Below, one piece after another: positions 47,058-57,606 of a DNA stretch of 64,000 bases. The stretch spans positions 2,380,089-2,444,088 of the forward strand of contig OZ244213.1 in NCBI GenBank assembly GCA_965216905.1. Direction: 5' to 3'. This DNA is from Acidimicrobiia bacterium. Lineage in GTDB: Bacteria > Actinomycetota > Acidimicrobiia > Spongiisociales > ZC4RG35. The stretch's first letter is position 1, and the number at the start of each line of letters is the position of its first letter. Position numbers and translations under genes: made by a program. The notes beneath the pieces were generated by a model, which had not been told where the DNA came from, did no database searches, and was given only the letters and a program-made list of their open reading frames with translations.

Positions 47058-47635
47058 CCGGCGGCCCCGTCCGGCTCGTCATCGCTTCGAAGAACCCCGA
47101 CAAGATCTCCGAGATCGAGTCGGTGCTGATCCGGGCCGGGGTCGTCGACGAGATCGTTCGAGGGCTGTCGTGGGATGACGTCGAGGAAACGGGCTCCACC
47201 CTCGAAGCGAACGCGCTGCTCAAGGCGCGATCGGTCGCCGATGCGACCGGGCTTCTCGCCGTGGCGGATGACACCGGTCTCGAGGTCGCCGCGCTCGACG
47301 GCGCTCCCGGGGTCCGCACCGCTCGCTTCGCCGGTCCGGATGCGTCCTACTCGGACAATGTAGGTGCCTTGCTCCGCGTCATGGAAGGAATGGTCGATCG
47401 CCGAGCCCGCTTCCGGACCGTGATGGCTGCCGTCGACCCCGACGGAACGACCGTCATCGCCGAGGGAAAGCTCGAAGGGGTCATAACGGCCGAGCCGAGA
47501 GGGTCTGGCGGCTTCGGCTACGACCCGGTGTTCGAGGTCGACGGTCGCACGCTGGCAGAGATCCCGACCTCGGAGAAGAACCGGATCTCGCATCGCGGCC
47601 TGGCCATTCGGGCGCTGGCCGCGCGGCTCGGGTGA
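47054..47635 (+). CDS. rdgB: dITP/XTP pyrophosphatase (RdgB/Ham1 family)
   Basis: ATGA overlap with the rph stop. Motifs LVIASKNPDK and FGYDPVF. Confidence 0.9.
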   Translation: MTGGPVRLVIASKNPDKISEIESVLIRAGVVDEIVRGLSWDDVEETGSTLEANALLKARSVADATGLLAVADDTGLEVAALDGAPGVRTARFAGPDASYSDNVGALLRVMEGMVDRRARFRTVMAAVDPDGTTVIAEGKLEGVITAEPRGSGGFGYDPVFEVDGRTLAEIPTSEKNRISHRGLAIRALAARLG

Positions 47636-47639
47636 GGAG

Positions 47640-47713
47640 TCGGGCTGGCCGGATTTGAACCGGCGACCCCCTGCTCCCAAAGCAGGTGCGCTACCAAACT
47701 GCGCCACAGCCCG
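47640..47713 (-). tRNA. tRNA-Pro (anticodon TGG)
   Basis: Cloverleaf resolved by hand. Anticodon loop TTTGGGA. No encoded CCA. Confidence 0.8.
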
Positions 47714-47798
47714 TGACGAGGGATTGTGTCACACCGGAATCCACCTGGCGATATTCGGGCTTGCCGGCCGACTCGGCGCCGGGAGTAGAATCCTCGCC

Positions 47799-47875
47799 GG
47801 GTCGCTAGCTCAACCTGGCAGAGCAACGGACTCTTAATCCGCAGGTTCAGGGTTCGAATCCCTGGCGACCCACCA
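47799..47875 (+). tRNA. tRNA-Lys (anticodon CTT)
   Basis: GGGTCGCTAGCTCAACCTGGCAGAGC...CTCTTAA...GGTTCGAATCC. CCA encoded. Confidence 0.85.
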
Positions 47876-47927
47876 ACCTCCGGTCGTCGCTCGATCGGCG
47901 AGGACCATCGCCGTCGATCTGACTCCG

Positions 47928-48012
47928 GCGGGTGTGGCGGAACTGGAAGACGCGCTGGGTTTAGGTCCCAGTGGGCACTGCCCGTGGAGGTTCGAGTCCT
48001 CTCGCCCGCACC
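47928..48012 (+). tRNA. tRNA-Leu (anticodon TAG), type II with long variable arm
   Basis: Anticodon stem CTGGG/CCCAG with loop TTTAGGT. Variable arm GGGCACTGCCC. T-loop GGTTCGAGTCC. Confidence 0.8.
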
Positions 48013-48072
48013 GATGGCTGCTGCCGGTGAGCCGGCATCGATGTGGTGGCGGTCCACTAGCCTTTCGGCGAC

Positions 48073-48146
48073 GCGGGTGTAGCTCAATGGTAGAGCCCCA
48101 GCCTTCCAAGCTGGTCGTGAGGGTTCGATTCCCTTCACCCGCTCCA
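48073..48146 (+). tRNA. tRNA-Gly (anticodon TCC)
   Basis: GCGGGTGTAGCTCAATGGTAGAGC with anticodon loop CTTCCAA. CCA encoded. Confidence 0.85.
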
Positions 48147-48192
48147 GGCGGTGGATCGTCGGCCTCGGGCCGGGAGAATGCCCACCGCGCCG

Positions 48193-48265
48193 GCCCTCGT
48201 AGCTCAGTGGACAGAGCAGGAGCCTTCTAAGCTCTTGGTCGGGGGTTCGAATCCTCCCGAGGGCG
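48193..48265 (+). tRNA. tRNA-Arg (anticodon TCT)
   Basis: GCCCTCGTAGCTCAGTGGACAGAGC with anticodon loop CTTCTAA. Confidence 0.85.
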
Positions 48266-48338
48266 CGAGCCGATCAGCGAATCCTCCACGGAGCGGTTCG
48301 ATAGCAACAATTCATCGCCGCAAGGCACGAACGATCAT

Positions 48339-48417
48339 GGTGGCCGTAGCTCAGTCCGGTTAGAGCGCCAGGTTGTGGCCCTGGAGGTCGGGGGTTCAAG
48401 TCCCCTCGGTCACCCCA
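48339..48417 (+). tRNA. tRNA-His (anticodon GTG) with extra 5' G(-1)
   Basis: G-1 plus GTGGCCG acceptor stem, anticodon loop TTGTGGC. CCA encoded. Confidence 0.85.
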
Positions 48418-48605
48418 CCCCGAATCGATCTCACGATCGACTCGACAATCGAACCGACAGCACCGAGGTCGCCCGCTCTGCAGGAGTCACCGGTGCCGTC
48501 GGTCGAAGGTGCTCGCACCCGACCTGTTGAATCAAACCAGTCCAATCGATCCGGTTCAATCAAGCCGGAACCCCCGACCCTCAACACCCCGTCGCTGGAG
48601 GAACC

Positions 48606-50111
48606 GTGACCGTCACCGTGGAAGACGCTGGACCATACGAGAAGCTGATCGCCTTCTCGGTCAGCGAACAGGAGATCGACAGTGCCAAGACCTCCACGGC
48701 ACGGCGAATCTCGAAAGACCTCAAGATCGCCGGCTTTCGGCCCGGCAAGGCTCCAAAGCCGATCGTGGAACGGACGGTTGGTGCGGCTCGACTGCGAGCC
48801 GAGACGATCGATGACCTCCTCCCTGCTCGGGTTGCATCTGCGCTCGGCGAGGCGGAGTTGGAGCCGGCGGTCGCTCCGGCGCTCGAATCGTTGGACGACG
48901 GCGAGGACGGTGTGGACGTCAAGGTGCGGGTGACGCTCTGGCCGACCCTCGACTCGGTTCCCGATCATCGCGAGCGCACGGTCGAGGTGATGTCTCCGGA
49001 GGTGACCGACGAAGAGTTGACCGACCAGATCGATCGGATGCGACGGCAGTTCGGTGTGTTGGACGACCACGACGGCGTGGCCTCGATCGGTGACTACGTG
49101 ACGATCGACATCGCGGCGAGCGATCGGGGAGAGGACGTCCCCGAAGCCCGAGCCAGCCAGCTCGTGTACGAGGTCGGATCGGGCGGATTTCTGGAGGGGA
49201 TCGACGAGGTTCTCGTCGGAGCGGCGGCTGGTGAGTCGCAGTCTTTCGATGGTGTCCTTCCGGAGGGTTTTGGCGACGCCGCCGGTCGTTCCGTGTCGTT
49301 CACGGTCGACGTCACCCAGGTCAGGCGGATGGCGCTCCCCGAGTTGACCGACGAATGGGTGGAGGAGGTCTCCGAGTTCGCGTCGGTGTCGGAGCTGGAG
49401 GTGAATCTGGAGGAGCGGATGCGGGCCCTCAAGCGCGAGGCTGCCGCGCGCGATTTTCGGGTCAAGGCGCTGGACGAGCTGGTCGACCAGGTCGAGCTCG
49501 ATCTTCCGGAGGCTCTGGTCCGGTCTGAGATGGAAGACATCGTCCATCGCTTCGTGCACCGCCTGGAGCGGGAGGACATCGAGCTGGCCGACTACCTGGC
49601 GGCCTCCGGGATCGACCAGGACCAGTTCGTCGACGATGTACGGGCACAGGCCGATCGAGGCATCCGAACCCGGTTGCTTCTCGAGGCCGTCGCCGAATCC
49701 GAGGGTATCGCCGTCGAGGAAGACGAGCTCGCGGCGGTCGTCTCGGCGCTCTTTCCGAACGAAGAATCCACCGACATACGCAACCGCTTGACGGCGTCGG
49801 GAGGATTGGAGTCGATCACCGGTGATATCCTCAGGAACAAGGCACTGGAGAAGGTGCTGGCCGAGGCGACCGCCGTCGACGCGGACGGCGAGATCCTTGA
49901 CCTCGAGATCGAAGAGGAGACAGGTCTGCCGGATTCCTCCACATCCGTCCCGCCGGCCGACATCGCGGTCGCCGACGTCGTGGCCGAGGAAACCTCCGGC
50001 CCGGTGGCGCAAGGAATCCCCCTCGCGGGGACCGATGACACCCTGGACGAAGCTGCGGCGATCGTCGAGTATGAGGATGGGATCGATACCCCCGCTGAAC
50101 CAGAAGCCTGA
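48606..50111 (+). CDS. tig: trigger factor (with acidic C-terminal extension)
   Basis: GTG start. GFRPGKAPK ribosome-binding loop, PPIase and C-terminal arm domains. Confidence 0.9.
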   Translation: MTVTVEDAGPYEKLIAFSVSEQEIDSAKTSTARRISKDLKIAGFRPGKAPKPIVERTVGAARLRAETIDDLLPARVASALGEAELEPAVAPALESLDDGEDGVDVKVRVTLWPTLDSVPDHRERTVEVMSPEVTDEELTDQIDRMRRQFGVLDDHDGVASIGDYVTIDIAASDRGEDVPEARASQLVYEVGSGGFLEGIDEVLVGAAAGESQSFDGVLPEGFGDAAGRSVSFTVDVTQVRRMALPELTDEWVEEVSEFASVSELEVNLEERMRALKREAAARDFRVKALDELVDQVELDLPEALVRSEMEDIVHRFVHRLEREDIELADYLAASGIDQDQFVDDVRAQADRGIRTRLLLEAVAESEGIAVEEDELAAVVSALFPNEESTDIRNRLTASGGLESITGDILRNKALEKVLAEATAVDADGEILDLEIEEETGLPDSSTSVPPADIAVADVVAEETSGPVAQGIPLAGTDDTLDEAAAIVEYEDGIDTPAEPEA

Positions 50112-50135
50112 ATCCACGACAGGAGAACGACTCCC

Positions 50136-50753
50136 ATGAGCCCACAGAACTACATGGTTCCGTATGTCACCGAACAGACCAGTCGGGGCGAGCGAACATA
50201 CGACATCTACTCCCGGCTTCTGAAGGACCGCATCATCTTTCTCGGGACGCCCATCGACGACACGGTCGCCAATCTCATCATGGCGCAGTTGTTGCATCTC
50301 GAGTCCGAGGAACCGGACAAAGACGTCTGGCTGTACATCAACTCCCCCGGAGGGTCGATCACCTCGCTGTTCGCGATCTACGACACGATGCAGTACATCC
50401 GTCCCGAGGTGAATACGGTCTGCATGGGAATGGCGGCTTCGGCCGCGGCCGTCATCCTCGCCGGCGGAGCACCCGGGAAGCGGTTCGCCCTGCCCCACGC
50501 CCGAGTCATGCTCCATCAGCCTCACGGCGGCGCACAGGGTCAGGCGACCGACATCGAGATCCAGGCGAAGCTGATCATCGAGATGCGGGAACAGCTGAAC
50601 CACATCCTCGCCGAGCACACCGGACAGGACTACGAGAAGGTGGCCGCCGACACAGAGCGTGACTATTGGATGCTGGCCGACGCCGCCAAGGAATATGGTG
50701 TGGTCGATGCAATTCTCACGCGACGTGAGTTGTCCGCGGTAGCCTCCACCTGA
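50136..50753 (+). CDS. clpP: ATP-dependent Clp protease proteolytic subunit
   Basis: Catalytic Ser/His/Asp context ([11 protein letters not shown]). Only one clpP gene lies between tig and clpX. Confidence 0.95.
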   Translation: MSPQNYMVPYVTEQTSRGERTYDIYSRLLKDRIIFLGTPIDDTVANLIMAQLLHLESEEPDKDVWLYINSPGGSITSLFAIYDTMQYIRPEVNTVCMGMAASAAAVILAGGAPGKRFALPHARVMLHQPHGGAQGQATDIEIQAKLIIEMREQLNHILAEHTGQDYEKVAADTERDYWMLADAAKEYGVVDAILTRRELSAVAST

Positions 50754-50778
50754 GCCCACCCACCGACTGGGAGGTCGA

Positions 50779-52041
50779 ATGGCGAAATTCAGCGAGAGCG
50801 GTGATCTGCTGAAGTGCAGCTTCTGCGGGAAGTCACAGCGGCAGGTCAAGAAGCTCATCGCCGGACCGGGCGTGTACATCTGCGACGAGTGCATCGAGCT
50901 CTGCAATGAGATCATCGAAGAGGAGCTGGCATCGCCCGATGAGGTCGGTTTCGCCGAGTTGCCCAAGCCGATCGAGATCCGCGAGTACCTGGACGCCTAC
51001 GTGGTGGGGCAGGACGCCGCCAAGAAGGCATTGGCGGTGGCCGTCTACAACCACTACAAGCGGATCCGATCGACCGACCAGCGGACCGACGATGTAGAGC
51101 TTCAGAAGTCGAACATCCTGCTGGTCGGCCCGACCGGCTCGGGAAAGACGCTGCTGGCCCAGACCCTCGCCCGCCAGCTGAACGTCCCATTTGCCATCGC
51201 CGATGCCACGGCCCTCACCGAGGCCGGATACGTCGGGGAGGACGTCGAGAACATTCTCCTCAAGCTCATTCAGGCCGCCGATTACGACGTCAAGCGAGCC
51301 GAGCAGGGGATCGTCTACATCGACGAGATCGACAAGATCGCTCGCAAGGCGGAGAACCCCTCGATCACACGGGACGTCTCCGGCGAGGGCGTCCAGCAAG
51401 CCCTGCTGAAGATTCTCGAAGGGACGGTGGCGAGCGTACCTCCGCAAGGGGGCCGGAAACACCCGCATCAGGAGTTCATCCAGATCGACACGTCGAATGT
51501 GCTCTTCGTCTGCGGAGGGGCCTTCGCCGGTCTCGACGAGATCATCGGCCAGCGAGTTGGCCGCAAGCAGGTGGGCTTCGGGGCCGAGATCCGCTCGAGG
51601 AAGGACGTCCGACAGGCGGAGCTGCTGTCGCAGGTGCTCCCCGAGGATCTGATGAAGTTCGGACTCATCCCGGAGTTCATCGGCCGGCTCCCCGTCGTCG
51701 CCACCGTCGAAGACCTCGACCGGGCGGCGCTGATCAAGATCCTGACCGAGCCGCGCAACGCGCTGACTCGACAGTACGCCCGGATGCTCGACATGGACGG
51801 GGTGTCGCTGGAGTTCACCGAGGCCGCGCTCGAGGCGATCGCCGACCAGGCCATTCTCCGCAGCACCGGAGCTCGGGGACTTCGGGCGATTCTCGAGGAG
51901 GTGCTGCTCAACACGATGTTCGACGTGCCTTCGCGCGACGATGTGGCCAGCGTCATCATCGATGAGGATGTGGTGGCAGAGCGCGTCAATCCGACGCTCG
52001 TACCGGCGGACGACACAACCCCTCAGGAACGCTCTGCGTGA
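50779..52041 (+). CDS. clpX: ATP-dependent Clp protease ATP-binding subunit ClpX
   Basis: N-terminal C4 zinc finger CSFCGKS...CDEC, Walker A GPTGSGKT, Walker [10 protein letters not shown]. Confidence 0.95.
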   Translation: MAKFSESGDLLKCSFCGKSQRQVKKLIAGPGVYICDECIELCNEIIEEELASPDEVGFAELPKPIEIREYLDAYVVGQDAAKKALAVAVYNHYKRIRSTDQRTDDVELQKSNILLVGPTGSGKTLLAQTLARQLNVPFAIADATALTEAGYVGEDVENILLKLIQAADYDVKRAEQGIVYIDEIDKIARKAENPSITRDVSGEGVQQALLKILEGTVASVPPQGGRKHPHQEFIQIDTSNVLFVCGGAFAGLDEIIGQRVGRKQVGFGAEIRSRKDVRQAELLSQVLPEDLMKFGLIPEFIGRLPVVATVEDLDRAALIKILTEPRNALTRQYARMLDMDGVSLEFTEAALEAIADQAILRSTGARGLRAILEEVLLNTMFDVPSRDDVASVIIDEDVVAERVNPTLVPADDTTPQERSA

Positions 52042-52312
52042 GCGGCGGCCGGCCCCGGCCGGAGGAACTCCCTCGGCGTCCCCACAACTCGCTAACGTGG
52101 CGACGGAGGGTTGGAAGGATGGGTCACCATTCTTCCCATTCGTTGGTACGTTAGGAGCGGCGCGGAGACCGGGGAGTGGTCGGTGTCCAGTGGTTCGGTG
52201 GCCCGCCGGATCGCAGGCGAATCCGCACAGCAGCGACCCCCACGAGTGGCCGCAGTGCCATTCGAGGCGGGCGACAAGCCGGTAGGACTGACACAGGAAG
52301 GGCATCGAGAGC

Positions 52313-53512
52313 ATGGGACAGGGCGCGACGAGGCGAACGGCCGGTGTGGTCGTTGGCCTTCTGATCACTTGGGCGATCGCGTTGGTGCTTGGAGCACCCG
52401 CGGCATTCGCCCATCATCCGGAGATCGAGGGCCGTTCCGTGTGTGTGGAGGACGTGCCGGTGCTCGAGTATCGCTCGGTGTCATGGCGAACCGATGGCGC
52501 CCCGGGGAGTGCCAATCCCCTCATCGGAATCTATGTCAACGGCACGCGGGTCGGCGAGGGTGCCTACAACGCAGAGAACGGGTACGGGTTCTCCGGCTCC
52601 GTCGATGCGCGGGACTGGGCGGACTCGACGGTCACGCTGACCGCCATCGCCGAAGGAAACTGGGACAACGGAGCACCACCCGGTGATCAGCGATCGGTGC
52701 AGGTGGCGATCCTCCCGCTGGGATGTGACAAAGCCCCCGAGACCACGGTGGGCGAGACGACCACGACCGATGACAAGGGGCCCTCGACGACGGTCGGCGA
52801 GACCACGACGACGGTCTGCGACCAGACGACAGTGACCTTCGGCCCGTGCGAGACGACGACCACCGCCGGAGACACGACCACTACCGACAAGCAGCCGACG
52901 ACGACCGTCGACGAGACGACGACGACTCTGGGAGACACGACGACGACTGTCGGAGATACCACGACGACCGACGGCCGGCCGACGACGACCGTCGACGAGA
53001 CGACCACGACGGCAGTCCAGCCGACGACGACCGTCGAGGAGACGACCACCACGACGGAGGGCCCGACGACGACGGTTGGCGAGGGGACCTCCTCGACCAT
53101 CGAGGAGACCACCACCACCGCCAACGAAACGTCGACCACCGGCGCCGAGACGACGACCTCCGTCGAGGTGACGACCACCGTGTCCACCCCCACCACCGTG
53201 GGAGAAGGCACCACCACCACCGTCGGGGTGACGACCAGCGACTCGACCCCCGAAACCACCGGAGGCGATACGACGACCACCGCCGGCCAGACGTCCACGG
53301 TCCCGATCGAAACGTCGTCATCGGCCGCCCCGACGACCACGATCAGCACCGTCCCCGCTCAGACCTTGCCGTTCACCGGATTCGAGATGCAGACGACCGC
53401 CTTCATCGGCTTGATGACGCTTGGTGCGGGCGCGGTCATTCTCACCTCGACCCGCCGGCCTCGCGGTGGGGTCGACGGCTCCGATCCGTTGGGAGACTGG
53501 TCCCGCGACTGA
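52313..53512 (+). CDS. Thr-rich cell-surface protein with LPFTG sorting motif, C-terminal TM helix and conserved ...GDWSRD tail
   Basis: Signal peptide, roughly 200-aa Thr-rich low-complexity region (52733..53333), then LPFTG, a hydrophobic helix, RRPRGG and a 20-aa tail. Confidence 0.7.
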   Translation: MGQGATRRTAGVVVGLLITWAIALVLGAPAAFAHHPEIEGRSVCVEDVPVLEYRSVSWRTDGAPGSANPLIGIYVNGTRVGEGAYNAENGYGFSGSVDARDWADSTVTLTAIAEGNWDNGAPPGDQRSVQVAILPLGCDKAPETTVGETTTTDDKGPSTTVGETTTTVCDQTTVTFGPCETTTTAGDTTTTDKQPTTTVDETTTTLGDTTTTVGDTTTTDGRPTTTVDETTTTAVQPTTTVEETTTTTEGPTTTVGEGTSSTIEETTTTANETSTTGAETTTSVEVTTTVSTPTTVGEGTTTTVGVTTSDSTPETTGGDTTTTAGQTSTVPIETSSSAAPTTTISTVPAQTLPFTGFEMQTTAFIGLMTLGAGAVILTSTRRPRGGVDGSDPLGDWSRD

Positions 53513-53744
53513 TCGAGGTCCCGTCGGCGGGTCCTCCTGAGGCGTGCGCCGAGTCGGGCATGCTGCCCGATCGATCGCTCCCGTCCCATGCACCGCCGCC
53601 CGCAATGGTCGCCGCCCACAATGGCCGCTGCCCACGATGAGTCGGGTGACTCATGGTCGTCGATGGGCCGGGCACTTGAATGACGGATGTGTAATTCACG
53701 CATTTGTGATTGCCAACCGACACTCCGGGTATACACTCAGAGTG

Positions 53745-53772
53745 ACGAACTCGCCACACATGGTGAGTTCGT
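53745..53772. promoter_or_regulatory. 8-bp perfect inverted repeat ACGAACTC-(12 nt)-GAGTTCGT in a low-GC leader upstream of the second LPFTG gene
   Basis: Embedded in a roughly 120-bp region of markedly lower GC (53690..53800). Coordinates +/-1. Confidence 0.35.
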
Positions 53773-53902
53773 GGGGAAGACAAAGGGAGCGCAGCGACCC
53801 GCCGGCCGACAAATCGGTCACCTAGGGCGGCGGCGAGCGTAGTGGTGAGACCGGCCCTCCCCAGTGGACACGTTGGGCACATCCACGGGAAGGCGAACAA
53901 CA

Positions 53903-54931
53903 ATGACGACGTCGATCGCGTCGAGGCGCTTGGCGGGCGCCGTGATCTGCTTCATGCTCATCTGGGCGGTGGCGATGGTCACGGGAGCTGCGCCGGGCCA
54001 GGCCATGGGAAATCCACCATCGGTTGAGTGCAACTCGCCGGAGTGGAACGGGGAGTACTGGAAGCTCGAGGTCGAGGATGGAATTCCGGCCGGCGTCGAG
54101 AGCAACGTCGGTTCCGGAGCCGTCTCCCACACCGATCCCGGCGACAGCATCACGCTCACGAACAACCACTCGAACACTGTGTTTCGCGTGGTGTTCAAGA
54201 CCGGTGGAGGGGTGAACGATGCCACGTACGAGGGATCGTGGGCGACCGGGCAATCGGCGACGTTCTCCTTCCCGGACAAACTCTCGCACATCACCGTGTG
54301 CTTCACCTCGCCGCAGAAGGAAACCACAACCACCGAGAAGCACGAGCCCACGACGACGATCATCGACGACAGCTCCACCACGTTTCAGGAGACCAGCACG
54401 ACCGTTGCGCAGGAGCCGACGACGACGGTGAGCAAGGAGCCGTCGACCACGGTGGAGGAGACCACGACGACGGTTGCCCAGGAGCCGACGACGACGGTGA
54501 GCAAGGAGCCGTCGACCACGGTGGAGGAGACCACGACGACGGTTGCCCAGGAGCCGACGACGACGGTTGCGCAGGAGCCGACGACGACGGTGAGCAAGGA
54601 GCCGTCGACCACGGTGGAGGAGACGACCACCACCATGGTGGCGCCGAGCACCTCGGTGGCGCCGGTCACCACAGTGGCGGACACGACGACGACGTCGGCC
54701 GATCCGATCACGACCACCACGGAGGGACCTGCCACCACCATCGCCGCGGTGACGACGACGACCGTCCCCATCGTGACGGCCAGCACGTTGCCGTTCACCG
54801 GCGTCAACACCGAGTTGGCGGCCCTCGTCGGACTGCTGATCCTGGTGTCGGGCGGCCTGGTGATCCTGGCGGCTCGCCAGACCGCCTCGGTTGACCGCAC
54901 CACGAGTGTGGGAGAGTGGTCCCGCGACTGA
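53903..54931 (+). CDS. Thr-rich cell-surface protein paralog with LPFTG motif, TM helix and ...GEWSRD tail
   Basis: Internal ATG with RBS gggaagg. Signal peptide, Cys-containing N-terminal domain, 23-aa tandem repeats, then LPFTG plus TM plus tail. Confidence 0.7.
   Translation: MTTSIASRRLAGAVICFMLIWAVAMVTGAAPGQAMGNPPSVECNSPEWNGEYWKLEVEDGIPAGVESNVGSGAVSHTDPGDSITLTNNHSNTVFRVVFKTGGGVNDATYEGSWATGQSATFSFPDKLSHITVCFTSPQKETTTTEKHEPTTTIIDDSSTTFQETSTTVAQEPTTTVSKEPSTTVEETTTTVAQEPTTTVSKEPSTTVEETTTTVAQEPTTTVAQEPTTTVSKEPSTTVEETTTTMVAPSTSVAPVTTVADTTTTSADPITTTTEGPATTIAAVTTTTVPIVTASTLPFTGVNTELAALVGLLILVSGGLVILAARQTASVDRTTSVGEWSRD
54404..54632 (+). repeat. tandem 69-bp coding repeats (three copies, encoding [23 protein letters not shown], the third with a 24-bp internal duplication)
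   Basis: Near-identical nucleotide repeats are directly visible. Confidence 0.8.
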
Positions 54932-54960
54932 CGGTCGACCGAACCTCGTCGAAGTGCCCG

Positions 54961-54996
54961 AAGGGTCCCGGTAAGCTCCGGGACCCTTCTTCTTCG
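54961..54996 (+). terminator. rho-independent terminator-like hairpin after the LPFTG gene
   Basis: Perfect 11-bp stem AAGGGTCCCGG / CCGGGACCCTT with 6-nt loop, followed by CTTCTTCTTCG. Confidence 0.6.
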
Positions 54997-55005
54997 AGCG
55001 AGTGG

Positions 55006-57606
55006 ATGAACCCGACGTACGAACCCAGTGAGATCGAAGCTCGGTGGTATCCGATTTGGGAGCAATCGGGCGTGTTCCGCCCCGAGCACCGACCGGACGG
55101 CGAACCATTCTGTATGGTCATTCCGCCGCCGAACGTCACCGGATCGCTGCATCTCGGCCATGCGCTGAACCACTCCATCCACGACGCCATCGCCCGAAGA
55201 AGACGCATGCGAGGCGACTCGGTGCTCTGGCTGCCCGGGACCGACCACGCCGGCATCGCCACCCAGAACGTGGTCGAACGAGACCTCGCCGAGGAGGGCC
55301 TCACGAGATTCGACCTCGGACGCGAGCGATTCGTCGAGCAGATCTGGGAATGGCGGCGTCGCTATGGGAACCGCATCAACGACCAGATCCGCCGGCTCGG
55401 TGGCTCGGTGGACTGGTCTCGGGAGCGCTTCACCATGGACGACGGGCTCTCGACCGCAGTGCGGGAAGTGTTCGTCCGGCTCTACGAGGACGATCTGATC
55501 TATCGGGGCAACCGCATCATCAACTGGTGTCCGCGGTGCGAGACGGCGCTCGCCGACATCGAGGTCGAACACGAGCAGGAACAGGGAACACTGACTCACA
55601 TCCGTTATCCGGCCGCCGACGGAGGCGAGGGGGTGGTGGTCGCCACCACTCGACCCGAGACCATGCTCGGGGACACCGGCGTCGCCGTGCACCCTTCCGA
55701 CGGTCGCTATGTGGATCTCATCGGCTCCGAAGTCGTGCTTCCACTCGTCGATCGTCGCATTCCGGTGGTGGCCGATGATGTCGTCGATCAGTCATTCGGC
55801 TCCGGCGCCGTGAAAGTGACGCCCGCCCACGACGCCACCGACTTCGAGATCGGAGCCCGCCACGGCCTCGACACGGTGGTCGTCCTCGACGCCCTCGCCA
55901 GGGTGACGCCGGAAGGAGGTTCCCGCTTCGAGGGCATGGATCGATTCGAAGCGCGGGAAGCGGTGGTCGCCGCCCTCGAGGAAGCCGGTCTGCTGGTCTC
56001 GGTCGAAGAACACGAGCACTCGGTAGGACACTGCTACCGGTGCGGGACGGTGGTCGAACCCCGCTTGTCGGATCAGTGGTTCGTCCGGGCCGAACCGCTG
56101 GCGGTGCCGGCCATCGAAGCGGTGCGGAGCGGTGACAACGAGTTCATCCCGGAGCATTGGGAGAAGACCTACTTCCATTGGATGGAGAACATCCGCGACT
56201 GGACGATCAGCCGACAGATCTGGTGGGGCCATCGGATTCCCGCCTGGTATTGCCCGGACGGACACGTCACCGTGGCCCGTCAGGGTCCGACGGAGTGCGC
56301 AACCTGCGGAGCCGGCGAGCTCCAACAAGATCCCGATGTGCTCGACACCTGGTTCTCGTCCGCGCTCTGGCCGTTCTCGACGCTGGGATGGCCGGACGAG
56401 ACCGACGATCTCAATCGCTTCTATCCCAACGCCATCCTGATCACCGGTTTCGACATCATCTTCTTCTGGGTGGCTCGGATGATGAAGATGGGGATGCACT
56501 TCATGGACGAGGTGCCGTTCCGTCAAACGATCATCCATGGTCTGGTTCGTGATGCCCGGGGCGAGAAGATGTCGAAGTCTCGCGGTAACACCATCGACCC
56601 CGTCGACATCGCCGACGAGTACGGAGCGGACCCTCTTCGCCTGGCGTTGCTGCAGGCCGCCAATCCAGGCCAGGACGTGCCGTTCGACCCGGATTGGGTG
56701 GCGGGCGCCCGCCGGTTCGGGAACAAGCTCTGGAACGCCGTCCGGTTCGTGCTCCGATCCGTCGAGGCCGGATCGATCCCTCCGGTGGGTGGCTATCCGG
56801 AGGAACCCACCCCACCCGGATCGTGGATTCTGGGCCGGCTGGGCGAGGTCACCGAGCGCTTCGACGACCTGTGCGATCAGTACCGGTTCTCCGATGCGTT
56901 CTCGATGCTCTACGCCTTCGCCTGGTCCGAGGTGTTCGACTGGTACTTGGAGATCGCCAAGACCGAGCTTGCCGACGAGCATCGACGAGATGTGACCAAC
57001 GCGACGCTCGGGGTGGTGGTCCGGGACCTGTTGAAGCTCTTCCACCCGGCCATTCCATTCCTCACCGAGGAACTGTGGGGCGAGTTGATCGGAGACGGGC
57101 TCCTCGCCGCGGCGGACTGGCCCGAACCTCCCGCCTATGCCGGCCCGGACGCGATGGCCGACGTGCAGGAGATGATCGCGGGGGTTCGTCGGTTCCGTGC
57201 CGAACAGGGGATCTCGCCTCGCGTGACCTTGCCACTCCTGCTGGTCGACGGGGAAGAACGGTTGCCGGATTGGGCGGTCGAGATGGCCCGCGACCTGGCG
57301 TCGGTGGACGTCGAGTCCGTCGCAGCGAATCCGGGAGCTGGGCACACCCGCATCGTCGCCGGATCGCTGGAAGCCTTCATCCCACTCGCCGGGCTCGTGG
57401 ATGTCGAAGCAGAACGATCGCGACTCGAGAAGGCCCTCGAAGCCGCTCGGCAGGACCGGGCCCAGGCAGAGCGGAAGCTCGGCAACCCGGCGTTCGTCGA
57501 GCGGGCTCCGGCCGAGGTGGTCGCCAAGGAGGAGCGCAAGCGGTCCGAGGCCGACCGGCTGGTCGCCAAGCTGCAGGACCAACTCGACGCCCTCGCCGGC
57601 TCCTGA
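55006..57606 (+). CDS. valS: valyl-tRNA synthetase
   Basis: HIGH-type motif [12 protein letters not shown] and KMSKS. C-terminal coiled coil. Confidence 0.95.
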   Translation: MNPTYEPSEIEARWYPIWEQSGVFRPEHRPDGEPFCMVIPPPNVTGSLHLGHALNHSIHDAIARRRRMRGDSVLWLPGTDHAGIATQNVVERDLAEEGLTRFDLGRERFVEQIWEWRRRYGNRINDQIRRLGGSVDWSRERFTMDDGLSTAVREVFVRLYEDDLIYRGNRIINWCPRCETALADIEVEHEQEQGTLTHIRYPAADGGEGVVVATTRPETMLGDTGVAVHPSDGRYVDLIGSEVVLPLVDRRIPVVADDVVDQSFGSGAVKVTPAHDATDFEIGARHGLDTVVVLDALARVTPEGGSRFEGMDRFEAREAVVAALEEAGLLVSVEEHEHSVGHCYRCGTVVEPRLSDQWFVRAEPLAVPAIEAVRSGDNEFIPEHWEKTYFHWMENIRDWTISRQIWWGHRIPAWYCPDGHVTVARQGPTECATCGAGELQQDPDVLDTWFSSALWPFSTLGWPDETDDLNRFYPNAILITGFDIIFFWVARMMKMGMHFMDEVPFRQTIIHGLVRDARGEKMSKSRGNTIDPVDIADEYGADPLRLALLQAANPGQDVPFDPDWVAGARRFGNKLWNAVRFVLRSVEAGSIPPVGGYPEEPTPPGSWILGRLGEVTERFDDLCDQYRFSDAFSMLYAFAWSEVFDWYLEIAKTELADEHRRDVTNATLGVVVRDLLKLFHPAIPFLTEELWGELIGDGLLAAADWPEPPAYAGPDAMADVQEMIAGVRRFRAEQGISPRVTLPLLLVDGEERLPDWAVEMARDLASVDVESVAANPGAGHTRIVAGSLEAFIPLAGLVDVEAERSRLEKALEAARQDRAQAERKLGNPAFVERAPAEVVAKEERKRSEADRLVAKLQDQLDALAGS

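Noticed and set aside
52733-53333. Thr-rich ACC/ACG-codon low-complexity region considered as a possible CRISPR or minisatellite array
   Set aside because: Repeats are imperfect, in-frame and coding (Thr/Glu/Gly-rich linker of the LPFTG protein); no spacer-repeat periodicity. No CRISPR arrays were detected anywhere in the window.
56694-57605. Upstream part of the 742-aa track ORF preceding folC
   Set aside because: Overlaps the valS coding region in another frame. folC homology begins at the ATG at 57606, which overlaps the valS stop.
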